Part shown: positions 18,349 to 29,913 of the stretch, piece by piece
How positions within the stretch are numbered: the stretch's first letter is position 1
Layout of the letters: every line of letters starts with the position of its first letter
Origin: an uncultured Spirochaetia bacterium
GTDB lineage: Bacteria; Desulfobacterota_D; UBA1144; Nemesobacterales; UBA2774
Length of the DNA stretch: 64,000 nt
Assembly (NCBI GenBank): GCA_964586675.1
Contig: CAZPHQ010000009.1
Coordinates: 16,216-80,215 of the forward strand
Direction: 5' to 3'
Notes under the pieces: model-generated
Databases searched by the model: none
Told to the model about the DNA's origin: nothing
What the model saw: only the letters and a program-made list of their open reading frames with translations
Position numbers and translations under genes: made by a program

Positions 18349-18621
18349 ATGGCGAAGGGGGACAAGCCTGTAAATAAAATGTTCTATGTATATCTGATTC
18401 AAAGCGAATCCCACCCTGACCGGCGCTACATAGGATGTACCCGAAATTTAAAAGATCGTTTACAAAGGCATAACGCTGGTAGATCTTCACATACGGCGCA
18501 GTATACTCCCTGGAAACTCGTAACCTACCATGCTTTCTCTGACAAACTTAAAGCACAGGAGTTTGAACGTTATTTGAAATCCGGTTCCGGGCAGGCTTTC
18601 GCTCGCAAGCGCTTTTGGTAA
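18349..18621 (+). CDS. GIY-YIG nuclease-family small protein (COG2827-like)
   Basis: FYVYLIQSE...RYIGCTRNLK.RL..HN.G.S.HT..Y.PWKLV.Y.AF....A...E.YLKSGSGQAFARKR. Confidence 0.8.
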   Translation: MAKGDKPVNKMFYVYLIQSESHPDRRYIGCTRNLKDRLQRHNAGRSSHTAQYTPWKLVTYHAFSDKLKAQEFERYLKSGSGQAFARKRFW

Positions 18622-18683
18622 TTAAACGCACCGCAATAGATAATCCTCGAGAGCTACAAAACGCTTCCGCTGCCTGTATCCGC

Positions 18684-19184
18684 CTAAAGCGTCTTCACAA
18701 ACGCCACAAGCTGATCGAGTGCCGCTCCCCATCCCTCCTGGAATCCCATTTCCTCGTGCTGCTTCCTTCCTGCTTCGGTCGGGTGAATGGCGATCGCCGT
18801 GTACTTCGTGCCGCTGCCGTGCGGCTCGAGCAGAAGTATAGCCGTCATGAAATTATCGATGCAGTGGCCGACCTTGTCAGCCGGGCGATAACCCGCCTGA
18901 AGAGCGTCTGTCCAGACGAGCTTCTCGTTCTCGACGACTTCGAGATAGCAGCCGACATTCGGATAATCTTCGCCTTCGGGTGAGCGCATCACGGTATAAA
19001 ATATACCGCCGGGACGAAGGTCTATCTTGCAGTCAACCGTCTGCCACGGGGCGGGCGTAAACCACTTCGTCACGTATTCCGGCGTTGTCCACGCCTTCCA
19101 TACCAGCTCTCTTGGCACATCGATGACGCGCTCCAGTATAAGGTCGAGCTTCGGATTAAGGTTGTATTTCGTGCTAGCCATCAT
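18684..19184 (-). CDS. SRPBCC-fold protein (AHSA1/activator-of-Hsp90-ATPase-like)
   Basis: 166 aa. Sequence pattern of SRPBCC ligand-binding proteins commonly paired with ArsR regulators. Confidence 0.75.
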   Translation of the reverse strand: MMASTKYNLNPKLDLILERVIDVPRELVWKAWTTPEYVTKWFTPAPWQTVDCKIDLRPGGIFYTVMRSPEGEDYPNVGCYLEVVENEKLVWTDALQAGYRPADKVGHCIDNFMTAILLLEPHGSGTKYTAIAIHPTEAGRKQHEEMGFQEGWGAALDQLVAFVKTL

Positions 19185-19516
19185 TCTTTCTCCTTAAGCG
19201 TTTTTAGAAAATTGTCCAGCTGATCCAGTCGCTTTTCCCAAATCTTCCGCTGTTTTTCGATCCACGTTCCGGCCTCTTCGAGCGGCCCGGGCACAAGGCT
19301 GTACGTCCTCACGCGCCCTTTCTTCTTCGAGCTCACGAGCCCGCATTTCTCGAGCACCCCAAGGTGCTGCGTGAAAGAGGGAAGGGCCATGTCGAACGGC
19401 CCCGCCAGCTCGCTCACGGCGGCGGGCCCCCTTCCGAGCCTCGCGAGGACAGCCCTCCGCGTCGGATCGGAGAGCGCGTGAAACACCCTATCGAGCTGCA
19501 TATTATTGTTAGGCAT
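19181..19516 (-). CDS. ArsR/SmtB-family transcriptional regulator
   Basis: [17 protein letters not shown] winged-HTH signature. 4-nt overlap with the downstream SRPBCC gene. Confidence 0.85.
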   Translation of the reverse strand: MPNNNMQLDRVFHALSDPTRRAVLARLGRGPAAVSELAGPFDMALPSFTQHLGVLEKCGLVSSKKKGRVRTYSLVPGPLEEAGTWIEKQRKIWEKRLDQLDNFLKTLKEKE

Positions 19517-19742
19517 ATGCCTAAGTATTTACGATACCGGTCTTCCTGTCAATTCTTTTTCTCTTCCCGCTTTTATTGGATAGGAAGCAGAGAGAAAAGC
19601 TGCGGTATGTCCTGAAACCTGAAGCGAGTTGAACATCCTTGAACATAATTTCATCTCACTGCTCATAACGGGAGGGTAAGGGTAGGGGTTCCCTCATAGT
19701 CCGGTAAACTAATGTCGATACTACGCCGGAGGAGAAGCTGTC

Positions 19743-20690
19743 ATGGGAATGAGAAAACTTGGAAACACTGACTTATACACGGCCCCCGTCGTTCTGGGCG
19801 GCAACGTGTTCGGCTGGACGATAGACGAGAAGCAGTCGTTCGAAGTCTTAGATGAATTCACAGGGCTCGGGTTCAACGCCGTCGACACGGCAGACGTCTA
19901 CTCCCGCTGGGCGCGCGGCAACCAGGGCGGCGAGTCCGAAACGATAATCGGCAAATGGATGAAGGAGCGCGGCAACCGCGGCAAAATTCTCCTGATCACG
20001 AAAGTCGGCTACGACATGAGCGAGGGAAAGAATATCAGCAGGAAATATATACTGAAACAGGTCGAGAGCTCCCTCAGGCGGCTTCAGACGGACCATATCG
20101 ACCTCTACTTCACACACCAGGACGACGACATAACGCCTGTCGAAGAAACGCTCTCGGCACACGAAGAACTCATAAAGGCAGGAAAGGTGAGGTGGATAGG
20201 GGCTTCTAACATCTCGCCCGAAAGGCTCGAAGACTCGATCGCCGCGAGCGCCGCAAAAGGCCTCCCGAGATACGAGGTCTTCCAGCCCGAATACAACCTC
20301 TACGACAGGCAGGGATTCGAAAAGGGAGTCGGGCCGATATGCAGGGAGCACGGCCTCGGCGTCATAGTATACTTCGCACTGGCAAAGGGCTTCCTCACCG
20401 GCAAGTACAGAAACGAAGGCGATCTTGGGAAGAGCGTCAGGGGACGCGGCATACCAAACTATCTCGACGAGCGCGGCCTGCGGATACTGAAAGCCCTCGA
20501 CGAGACAGCCGAAAAGCACGGCGTCTCGCAGGCCGCCGTCTCACTGGCGTGGCTCATGGCAAAGCCCCCCGTAACAGCGCCGATCGCGAGCTCGACGAAG
20601 CCTCATCACCTTAAATCCTTCGCCGAGGCGGCAGGGATCAAATTAGACGCCGACGACATGGCGAAGCTCGATACAGCGTCGGCTTATTAG
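19743..20690 (+). CDS. aldo/keto reductase
   Basis: 315 aa. LGGNVFGW...FNAVDTADVY..G.SE.IIG.W....R....ITKVG... AKR signature. Confidence 0.9.
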   Translation: MGMRKLGNTDLYTAPVVLGGNVFGWTIDEKQSFEVLDEFTGLGFNAVDTADVYSRWARGNQGGESETIIGKWMKERGNRGKILLITKVGYDMSEGKNISRKYILKQVESSLRRLQTDHIDLYFTHQDDDITPVEETLSAHEELIKAGKVRWIGASNISPERLEDSIAASAAKGLPRYEVFQPEYNLYDRQGFEKGVGPICREHGLGVIVYFALAKGFLTGKYRNEGDLGKSVRGRGIPNYLDERGLRILKALDETAEKHGVSQAAVSLAWLMAKPPVTAPIASSTKPHHLKSFAEAAGIKLDADDMAKLDTASAY

Positions 20691-20813
20691 CCCAGCCGAC
20701 TATGGGGTGCCACAGCGTCACTTGAAACTCGCCGAGCGTCCTGCATCCTTTATAACCTGCTGCGATACGGAAAAGATGTGCAACTTTCCACGGCAAGCAT
20801 ACTCAAATAACTT

Positions 20814-21842
20814 ATGGATAACGCAATCGTAGTCGAAGGTCTCCGAAAGTCCTACGGAAAACTTAGCGTACTCGAAGGGATAGATTTCTCTGTCAGGAGG
20901 GGCTCCGTCTTCGGCCTCCTGGGCCCTAACGGCGCCGGCAAGACGACGACTGTCCGCATACTCAGCACGCTTCTGAAGCCCGACGGCGGCCGCGTCACTG
21001 TAAACGGCCACGACGTCGTCGCGGACGCGCATAAAGTGAGGGCCAGCATCGGTCTCACAGGACAGTACGCCGCCGTGGACGAATACCTTACAGGCGAGGA
21101 GAACCTCCTCATGATGGGCCGGCTCTACAGGCTCAGCATGTCCGATGCGCGGCGGCGGACAGCCGAGCTCCTGGAACAGTTCGGTCTCGTAGACGCGGCA
21201 CGGAGGCCGCTCAAGACCTACTCCGGCGGCATGAGGAGGCGTCTTGATCTGGCGGCGAGCCTCATAGCGTCTCCCTCCGTGATATTCCTCGACGAGCCGA
21301 CGACGGGCCTCGACCCGCGAAGCAGGCTGATAATGTGGGACATCATAAAGGAGCTCGCCGCGGGCGACACGACCATACTCCTGACGACACAGTACATGGA
21401 AGAGGCCGACAGGCTCGCCGAAGATATAGTCGTCATCGACAAGGGCACCGTAATATCCCAGGGCACGCCGGACGAGCTCAAGGCCCGCGTTGGAACGGAG
21501 CGCATTGAACTCATAATAGCGGTAGGGTCGGACTTCGTCGCCGCCCAGAGAGCCATATGCGCGGACGGCGACCATGCCGATCATCACAAACGAACCATAA
21601 GCGTCGCCACGAAGGGCGGTGTAGGAGAGCTGAAGGATATTTTAGACAGGCTCACGCGCGCCGGGGTGGAAGTCGAAACGCTGTCGCTTCACCGCCCGAC
21701 ACTCGACGACGTGTTCCTCACACTCACGGGCCGCGCCGCGACACCCGCCGAAGCGAACGGCAACCCCAACGGCGGCCCCGATAAAGACGCGGCGGCGGAT
21801 AAAAATGGAGAGCCGAAAACAAAGGAGAGAATAAAGTCATGA
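20814..21842 (+). CDS. ABC transporter ATP-binding protein (DrrA-like)
   Basis: Walker A GPNGAGKTT, signature YSGGMRRRL, Walker B ILDEPTTGLD, plus a C-terminal extension. Confidence 0.9.
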   Translation: MDNAIVVEGLRKSYGKLSVLEGIDFSVRRGSVFGLLGPNGAGKTTTVRILSTLLKPDGGRVTVNGHDVVADAHKVRASIGLTGQYAAVDEYLTGEENLLMMGRLYRLSMSDARRRTAELLEQFGLVDAARRPLKTYSGGMRRRLDLAASLIASPSVIFLDEPTTGLDPRSRLIMWDIIKELAAGDTTILLTTQYMEEADRLAEDIVVIDKGTVISQGTPDELKARVGTERIELIIAVGSDFVAAQRAICADGDHADHHKRTISVATKGGVGELKDILDRLTRAGVEVETLSLHRPTLDDVFLTLTGRAATPAEANGNPNGGPDKDAAADKNGEPKTKERIKS

Positions 21843-22657
21843 CTCCCATGCCGCGCAGGGTCGAGCCCGCCCGCCATTCCGAGCTCTACTGGATGCTCAG
21901 CGATTCGTGGGTGCTGACGAGGCGGAGCATAAAGCACATCACCCGAAACCTCGACCAGCTCCTGTCGCTGATAATAATGCCGGTCATGTTCCTGCTCCTG
22001 TTCCGTTACGTCTTCGGCGGCGCGATAGACACGGGCGGGACGACTTACGTGAATTTTCTAGTCGCGGGCATACTCGTCCAGACGCTCGCGTTCGGCTCCA
22101 GCAATACGACAGTCAATCTCGTTCTCGACCTCAGGCGCGGAATCGTAGACAGGTTCCGCTCGCTCCCGATGTACAGCTCGTCGCTGCTCACGGGCCACGT
22201 CCTGGCCGACCTCTTCCGGAACACGATCTCAGGCCTCATCATGTTAGCCGCGGGGCTCGCCGTCGGATTCCGCCCGACGGCCGACGCAGAGGAATGGCTC
22301 AAGGTACTGGGGCTTCTCCTCCTCTTCACTTTCTCCATATCGTGGTTCTGCGCCATACTCGGCCTCGTCGTCAGGAGCCTCGAGGCCGCGCAGTGGATAA
22401 GCTTCCTCTTCATAATGCCGCTGACGTTCGCATCGAGCGCATTCGTCCCGACCGACGGCATGCCGACCGCGCTCAAGATATTCGCCGAGAACCAGCCGTT
22501 CACGATAGTCATTCAGGCCATGCGCGCATGGCTCGTCGGAACACCGATTGGAAACGACGGCTGGCTCTCTGTCGCATGGTGCATCGGCATAACTGTAGTC
22601 TGCATGCCGATTGCGGCGTGGCTCTACAGGCGTCAGGCCCGCTTCCCAGCGCTCTAG
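21839..22657 (+). CDS. ABC-2 type transporter permease (DrrB-like)
   Basis: Six predicted TM helices. 4-nt overlap with the upstream ATPase gene. Confidence 0.8.
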   Translation: MTPMPRRVEPARHSELYWMLSDSWVLTRRSIKHITRNLDQLLSLIIMPVMFLLLFRYVFGGAIDTGGTTYVNFLVAGILVQTLAFGSSNTTVNLVLDLRRGIVDRFRSLPMYSSSLLTGHVLADLFRNTISGLIMLAAGLAVGFRPTADAEEWLKVLGLLLLFTFSISWFCAILGLVVRSLEAAQWISFLFIMPLTFASSAFVPTDGMPTALKIFAENQPFTIVIQAMRAWLVGTPIGNDGWLSVAWCIGITVVCMPIAAWLYRRQARFPAL

Positions 22658-22972
22658 TCCACCCATTTTCACAACTCCGCAGCACCTTGATACGGCGGGG
22701 GAGTGGTCTATTCATTCAGTCTTTTCACGGATTCTCTCCGATATGCTTGACTGGTTCTCTTTTCCCTGAACAATTATAATATTCGGTTTATTAACTCTAA
22801 TGAAGGTACACGCTACGTATATACACGCATATCTGACATTAAATACCGCTTTCAAGACAGACGTAAATAGTGCGCGCCCGCTTCTCAGCGGCTGAAGAAT
22901 AACGGGCCGGGAACCATAACCCGGAGCGCGATTCGACAATTCGACCCCATTCGTTCAAAGCAACGGAGCGCA

Positions 22973-24709
22973 ATGCTTAAACCCAAGCTGTTTACGACAC
23001 TCGGAACGTATAACAAAAAAACATTCATGGACGACCTCTTTGCCGGACTCACCGTCGGCGTCGTCGCCCTTCCTCTCGCCATGGCCTTCGCCATAGCGAG
23101 CGGCGTGCCGCCCGAGCGCGGACTTTTCACAGCCATCATCGCCGGTTTCCTCATATCCTTCCTCGGAGGAAGCCGCGTCCAGATCGGGGGCCCGACGGGC
23201 GCGTTCGTCATCATCGTCTCCGGCATCATGGCCGAGTACGGCTACGACGGCCTCGTCTACTGCACGATCATGGCTGGGTTCTTCCTGATAGCGCTCGGCC
23301 TCAGCAGGATGGGCGGCCTCATAAAGTTCATCCCGTTCCCCGTCATAACGGGCTTCACATCCGGCATCGCGGTCGTCATATTTTCGACGCAGATAAAAGA
23401 CCTCCTCGGTCTCCAGATGCCGAACCCTCCGGCCGAGTTTATCCCGAAATGGATTGAGTACGTAAAGCACCTGGGCACCTTAACACCCGCCGCTGCGGGA
23501 CTCGGAATAGGGACGATAGCCGTCATCTCGGTGACGCGAAAATTCGTCCCCAGGTTCCCGGCGATGCTCATAGGCATGGCGGCGGCCACTTTGGCAACTG
23601 TCCTTCTCGGCCTCGATGTCGAGACAATAGGCAGCCGCTTCGGAGACCTCCCGCGAGTCCTCCCGGCGCCCGAGCTTCCGGCATTCGACATTGAAAAGTT
23701 GAAGAGCCTCATCGCGCCGGCGTTCACAGTCGGATTACTGGCGGCCATAGAATCGCTTCTTTCCGCGACAGTCGCCGACGGCATGATAGGCGGGCGGCAC
23801 CGCTCCAACATGGAGCTCATCGCACAGGGCACGGCCAACATCGGCTCGGCGATCTTCGGCGGCATACCCGCGACAGGCGCAATCGCCCGTACAGTGACGA
23901 ACATCAAGAGCGGCGCGAAAACGCCAGTGGCCGGAATAATTCATGCCGTATCCCTCGCCCTCATACTTCTTCTCTTCGCGCCTTATGCGAAGATGATCCC
24001 GCTCGCCGCGCTCGCCGGGATACTCGTCGTTGTAAGCTACAACATGAGCGAGATCGAAAATTTCCTCGGGCTTCTGAAGGCCCCGAAGAGCGACGTGATG
24101 GTGCTGCTGACGACATTCGCGCTCACAGTCTTCGTCGATCTGACGGTCGCCGTCCAGGTAGGCATTGTCCTCGCGGCGCTCCTCTTCATACGCAGAATGG
24201 CCGAGGTCACGAACGTCGGCGTCGTCACACGGGAGCTCCACGGAAACGGCGAGGACGACAGCAAAGACCCGAACGCCATCTCCAGGCGCGACGTGCCGGC
24301 CGGCGTCGAGGTATTCGAGATACAGGGGCCGTTCTTCTTCGGCGCGGCCGACAGGTTCAAGGAAGCCGTCGGGTTCATCGAGAAACCCGTGCCCGTCATA
24401 ATCCTCCGCCTCCGGAGCGTCCCGGCGATTGATGCGACAGGGCTTTACGTCCTGAAGGACTTTCTCAAGAGGTGCAGGCGCGACCGGACGACGCTCATTC
24501 TCTCGGACGTTCACGCACAGCCGCTCTTCGCGATAGAGCGCTCAGGCCTCTGGGACGAGATAGGGGAGGAAAACATCTTCGGCAACATCGACGACTCACT
24601 CAACCGCGCGAGGGAGATACTCGGCCTCCCGAAGGCCCCGCGCCCCGTGCCCTTCGTTCCCGTCGTCGCGAGGGAAGCGGAAAAAGACAAAGAAGGAAAT
24701 CGCGTTTAA
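22973..24709 (+). CDS. SulP-family anion transporter with C-terminal STAS domain
   Basis: Collinear with SulP permeases (…GLTVGVVALPLAMAFAIASGVPPE.GL…). STAS segment ...VEVFEIQGPFFFGAADRF.... The true start may be the internal MDDLFAGLTV. Confidence 0.9.
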   Translation: MLKPKLFTTLGTYNKKTFMDDLFAGLTVGVVALPLAMAFAIASGVPPERGLFTAIIAGFLISFLGGSRVQIGGPTGAFVIIVSGIMAEYGYDGLVYCTIMAGFFLIALGLSRMGGLIKFIPFPVITGFTSGIAVVIFSTQIKDLLGLQMPNPPAEFIPKWIEYVKHLGTLTPAAAGLGIGTIAVISVTRKFVPRFPAMLIGMAAATLATVLLGLDVETIGSRFGDLPRVLPAPELPAFDIEKLKSLIAPAFTVGLLAAIESLLSATVADGMIGGRHRSNMELIAQGTANIGSAIFGGIPATGAIARTVTNIKSGAKTPVAGIIHAVSLALILLLFAPYAKMIPLAALAGILVVVSYNMSEIENFLGLLKAPKSDVMVLLTTFALTVFVDLTVAVQVGIVLAALLFIRRMAEVTNVGVVTRELHGNGEDDSKDPNAISRRDVPAGVEVFEIQGPFFFGAADRFKEAVGFIEKPVPVIILRLRSVPAIDATGLYVLKDFLKRCRRDRTTLILSDVHAQPLFAIERSGLWDEIGEENIFGNIDDSLNRAREILGLPKAPRPVPFVPVVAREAEKDKEGNRV

Positions 24710-24792
24710 CAGACTCTGCACCTGTCCGGAGGACCGGATTTTTACCGTATCCGCGGTCTGAAATAATGCGGACGGGGTTGCTTACCAGCGAT

Positions 24793-25203
24793 CTATTTTT
24801 TTATAGTTCCTTTATAGGTATATATGATCGGGTCCTGACCGTCCTTCGACCAAAACATTGTCCCCGAAATTTCGTCTCCCGTGACAGAGCCTTCCCATTC
24901 CGTCTTTCCTTCATTACCGCTCGTGAGTGCGGATTTGAACAATACGACGCCCGCTTTTGACTTCGATTCATAAGGAGCCGGAGTAAAGCCATGCTTTTCG
25001 CACTCGGTGGAGAAGAAGGTCCCGTCCTTAAAAATCAGCTCATCCTTGGTCGCTTCGCTTTTATTCATTTCAGTCAGCTCGACTGAAAAAGACCTGCCGT
25101 CAAGCGAATCGTCCGCTGACGCGGCATTCAGGTTCGTATCAAACAATGACGCACAAATTGAAAAAATAAAAAGATATGCTGATATAATTAGTATATGTCT
25201 CAT
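24793..25203 (-). CDS. secreted hypothetical protein
   Basis: Signal peptide MRHILIISAYLFIFSICASLF. No family recognised. Lower GC than the surroundings. Confidence 0.55.
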   Translation of the reverse strand: MRHILIISAYLFIFSICASLFDTNLNAASADDSLDGRSFSVELTEMNKSEATKDELIFKDGTFFSTECEKHGFTPAPYESKSKAGVVLFKSALTSGNEGKTEWEGSVTGDEISGTMFWSKDGQDPIIYTYKGTIKK

Positions 25204-25512
25204 ATGCCCCCCTGTTTGCTTAAATTGCACCTGGAATTAACTCTACTGGAGTACGTAAAGTGATGTCAATACCGCCGAATGGCCGGATCTGTTATTAAAT
25301 CGGCTGGCTTTGCATTCGTGCTGCCCGGCTTTGACTCAACAATTAAGGGACGATGCAAGCGGCCGATCTCATAAATTGCCCGGATTCGCATTTGTTCCCT
25401 TATAAGTAATCAGCAAGAGGCCGCCAAGTATGGCGATTATTCCGTAAGTATAAACAAAAAGGGAGCCTTGCAGGCTCCCTTTCATAATAAACTCTGTACA
25501 ACAATTTTATTT

Positions 25513-26442
25513 TTACGATAGACGTGTCTTTCTTCTGTGTATTATCAGCGCCCCGGCAATTCCTATAATTCCGGCCAAGGCGATAAGCCCCCATTCGGAA
25601 AGCGTCGGGATCGGATTAGGCAGGACAAGCCATATTTTTTCGACCGGTATCGATTCCAGCCCATCGACCGATGCCGTTATCCTGTCCGTACCAGGCGCAG
25701 AGCCTGTGTATGTCCACGACACCTGTCCGTTCGTATCGGTCCGACAGTCGATTGGGGAGCATTCACCGCTGCTGTTGCTCGCCTGACCGAGATTCGGTCC
25801 CGCAACCACCCTGAAAAATACAGGAGTACTGACTGAAGGGGATAGGTTGTCGAGCACCGTAGCCGTGACAGTGTGCTGTGTTCCGGTATCGTTCGTCGCC
25901 GTCGGAGGGGCTAATGAAATCGTGAAGTTCGAAGTGCAAAGGTAATTTTCAACCGTGAAGCTGTAATCGCAGGTAAATGTACCGAAACTAGTCATGGCGA
26001 CCAGAACCAGGCTGCTTCCCGCAGGCACTTCGAATGAAAAGCTTTGTGGAAGACTCGATCCGATATCGCCTATGTAATTTTCGCTCAGGTCTGCCGGATT
26101 ATACGAGTTGAGATAAGCCGCGGCGAATACGTTCGTGCCGCAGGTCCCCGTATTGAAATTGACGGTTACGCAGCTCGTGCTATTGGGGGCACGGAAAGCA
26201 TGTGTCGCGTAATTGAATGTCGTACCGGCGTCGAAAGTGCCCGGGAATGCCTTTGTCGGACAAGAGCTCGGTACGGCGTCTCTGAATAATCTGCCGTTCT
26301 GGAAGGGCCCGGTAGCTGAATTAAGAGAACCGTTTATAACCTGGCCGGCGTCGGGGCACACCTGACCTGCCGCATCGTTCGCGCTGAAAACCAGTACTGA
26401 ACTAAAGATAATCCCGAACAGGATTCCGTAGATTTTCATCAT
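25513..26442 (-). CDS. secreted Cys-rich protein with IPTL-CTERM sorting signal
   Basis: N-terminal signal peptide. C-terminus ...PNPIPTLSEWGLIALAGIIGIAGALIIHRRKTRLS, giving an IPTLSEWG motif + TM helix + basic cluster (IPTL-CTERM class). GGAGGA RBS. Confidence 0.8.
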   Translation of the reverse strand: MMKIYGILFGIIFSSVLVFSANDAAGQVCPDAGQVINGSLNSATGPFQNGRLFRDAVPSSCPTKAFPGTFDAGTTFNYATHAFRAPNSTSCVTVNFNTGTCGTNVFAAAYLNSYNPADLSENYIGDIGSSLPQSFSFEVPAGSSLVLVAMTSFGTFTCDYSFTVENYLCTSNFTISLAPPTATNDTGTQHTVTATVLDNLSPSVSTPVFFRVVAGPNLGQASNSSGECSPIDCRTDTNGQVSWTYTGSAPGTDRITASVDGLESIPVEKIWLVLPNPIPTLSEWGLIALAGIIGIAGALIIHRRKTRLS

Positions 26443-26685
26443 TCCTCCATCCTCCTTTTCTTCCTTTAATTTATAAATCCACTACACCCAGTATAGTAAA
26501 TAACTACAGAATAGCAACACTTTATATTTCATATTTCATGAATTTAAGTAGTCATAGATGAATTTCGATATACATAGCTGGAGACCCGGCACTTCGATTT
26601 TCGTTATAACCCGCCGCCCAACGACGGACTTATGTTAAAATCAATGCCTTAATCCCTGAATCGATACGACAAGAGGTATACGAAC

Positions 26686-27402
26686 ATGCGCTCAGACGGA
26701 AGGAACTGGGACGAGCTCAGGCCGGTAAAAATCACACGCGGCGTCATGAAATACGCAGAAGGCTCCGCGCTCATAGAAACGGGAGAGACGAAAGTCCTCT
26801 GCACGGCTACGGTCGAAACGAGGGTTCCGCCCTTTTTAAGGGACACGGGCAGGGGATGGGTCACGGCGGAATATTCGATGCTCCCCCGGTCTACAAAAGA
26901 AAGGGTCACACGCGACAGCGTGAGGGGCAGGATAGGCGGCCGCTCTCACGAGATACAGCGCATCATAGGCCGGGCGCTCCGTTCCGTGATCGACCTCGAC
27001 AAGCTCGGCGAGATGTCCATAACGATAGACTGCGACGTGCTCCAGGCGGACGGCGGGACGCGAACCGCCTCCATAACAGGCGCGTTCGTCGCCCTTTCCG
27101 ACGCCGCGCTTCATCTCGTGAACACGGGCGTCCTCGCCGACAATCCCGTCGAGGATTACATTGCCGCGGTCAGCGTGGGTATAGTTGACGGCAAGCTGGC
27201 GCTCGACCTCGACTACGAGGAAGACTTCGCCGCCGAGGTCGATATGAACGTCGCCATGACAGGCTCGGGGCTCCTCGTGGAAGTGCAGGGAACGGCGGAG
27301 GGAAAGCCCTTCAGCAAGAGAAGGCTCTCCCAGCTCGTCGCGCTCGCCGAAAAAGGAATCACCGGGCTGATTCAAAAACAAAGGGAGGCCCTCACGGAAT
27401 GA
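26686..27402 (+). CDS. rph: ribonuclease PH
   Basis: 238 aa, collinear with RNase PH (…LRP..I.R.......GS.L...G.T.VLCTA…[18 protein letters not shown]…). Confidence 0.95.
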   Translation: MRSDGRNWDELRPVKITRGVMKYAEGSALIETGETKVLCTATVETRVPPFLRDTGRGWVTAEYSMLPRSTKERVTRDSVRGRIGGRSHEIQRIIGRALRSVIDLDKLGEMSITIDCDVLQADGGTRTASITGAFVALSDAALHLVNTGVLADNPVEDYIAAVSVGIVDGKLALDLDYEEDFAAEVDMNVAMTGSGLLVEVQGTAEGKPFSKRRLSQLVALAEKGITGLIQKQREALTE

Positions 27403-28022
27403 CCATGTTCGACGAAATAGTCCTCGCCACGGGCAATAAGGGGAAGGTAAAAGAATTCGCCGGGCTCCTTCAAGGTATCGCCGGGAAAATAATCGGCCTC
27501 GGCGACCTCGAATCCCCTCCTGAAGTGGTCGAAGACGGCGAAACGTTCATGGAGAACGCGCTCAAGAAGGCGCGGGCGATAGCCAAGTATTCAGGGAAGC
27601 TCGCGCTCGCCGACGATTCCGGCCTCGTTGTGGATGCCCTAGGCGGAAGGCCGGGAGTGTATTCCGCAAGGTACGCCGGTGAAAAAGCGACCGACGACGA
27701 AAACATCGCCAGGCTCCTTCGTGAGCTCGGCGACGCCGCCGACAGAAGAGCCCGATTCGTCTGTTTTCTCGCCCTCGTCACGCCCGGCGGAAAAGAGACC
27801 GTCGTCAGCGGGGAGTGCGAAGGCGTGATACTTTCAGAGCACCGGGGAAGAGGCGGCTTCGGATACGATCCGGTTTTTTATCTGCCCGAATACGGAAAGA
27901 CCATGGCCGAGATACCGCCGGACCTTAAGAACAAAATCAGCCATAGGGCCCGCGCCGCGGAGAAGCTGCTCTCCATCCTCGTGGGAGAGTCGTCTGAGGG
28001 AGTAACGCGGCGCGGAAGCTAA
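27399..28022 (+). CDS. rdgB: non-canonical purine NTP pyrophosphatase RdgB/HAM1
   Basis: ...IVLATGN.GKV.EF...... and ...GFGYDP.F... motifs. 4-nt overlap with rph (classic rph-rdgB operon). Confidence 0.9.
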   Translation: MTMFDEIVLATGNKGKVKEFAGLLQGIAGKIIGLGDLESPPEVVEDGETFMENALKKARAIAKYSGKLALADDSGLVVDALGGRPGVYSARYAGEKATDDENIARLLRELGDAADRRARFVCFLALVTPGGKETVVSGECEGVILSEHRGRGGFGYDPVFYLPEYGKTMAEIPPDLKNKISHRARAAEKLLSILVGESSEGVTRRGS

Positions 28023-28141
28023 CGCTCCTGTCACGCCTGCGCCGGCTTTTAGCGGCAGGGGTCTTGCAACCGGCCCGGCTTTTGAATATATTAGTTAAGA
28101 CCTAGACGGTCCCTTCATAAAAATTCAAAAAAGTTCTCTGA

Positions 28142-29767
<1,626 letters not shown>

Positions 29768-29913
29768 CCCCGCAAAAGAGAGAACCGGTTTTCACAGTAA
29801 ACCGGATTTGCCGTCGAAATCCAGCGTTTTTAACTCATTCAATTAAATTATATTGAGACTGAATTTTTGATGTAATATTTCATTAAGCGATACGGACTGG
29901 TCCATACGGAGTT

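Noticed and set aside
22660-22972. Search for a duplicated ssrA 3'-end (att) repeat or integrase bounding a tmRNA island
   Set aside because: No copy of the tmRNA 3' terminus and no recombinase gene was found, so the island idea stays a low-confidence finding.
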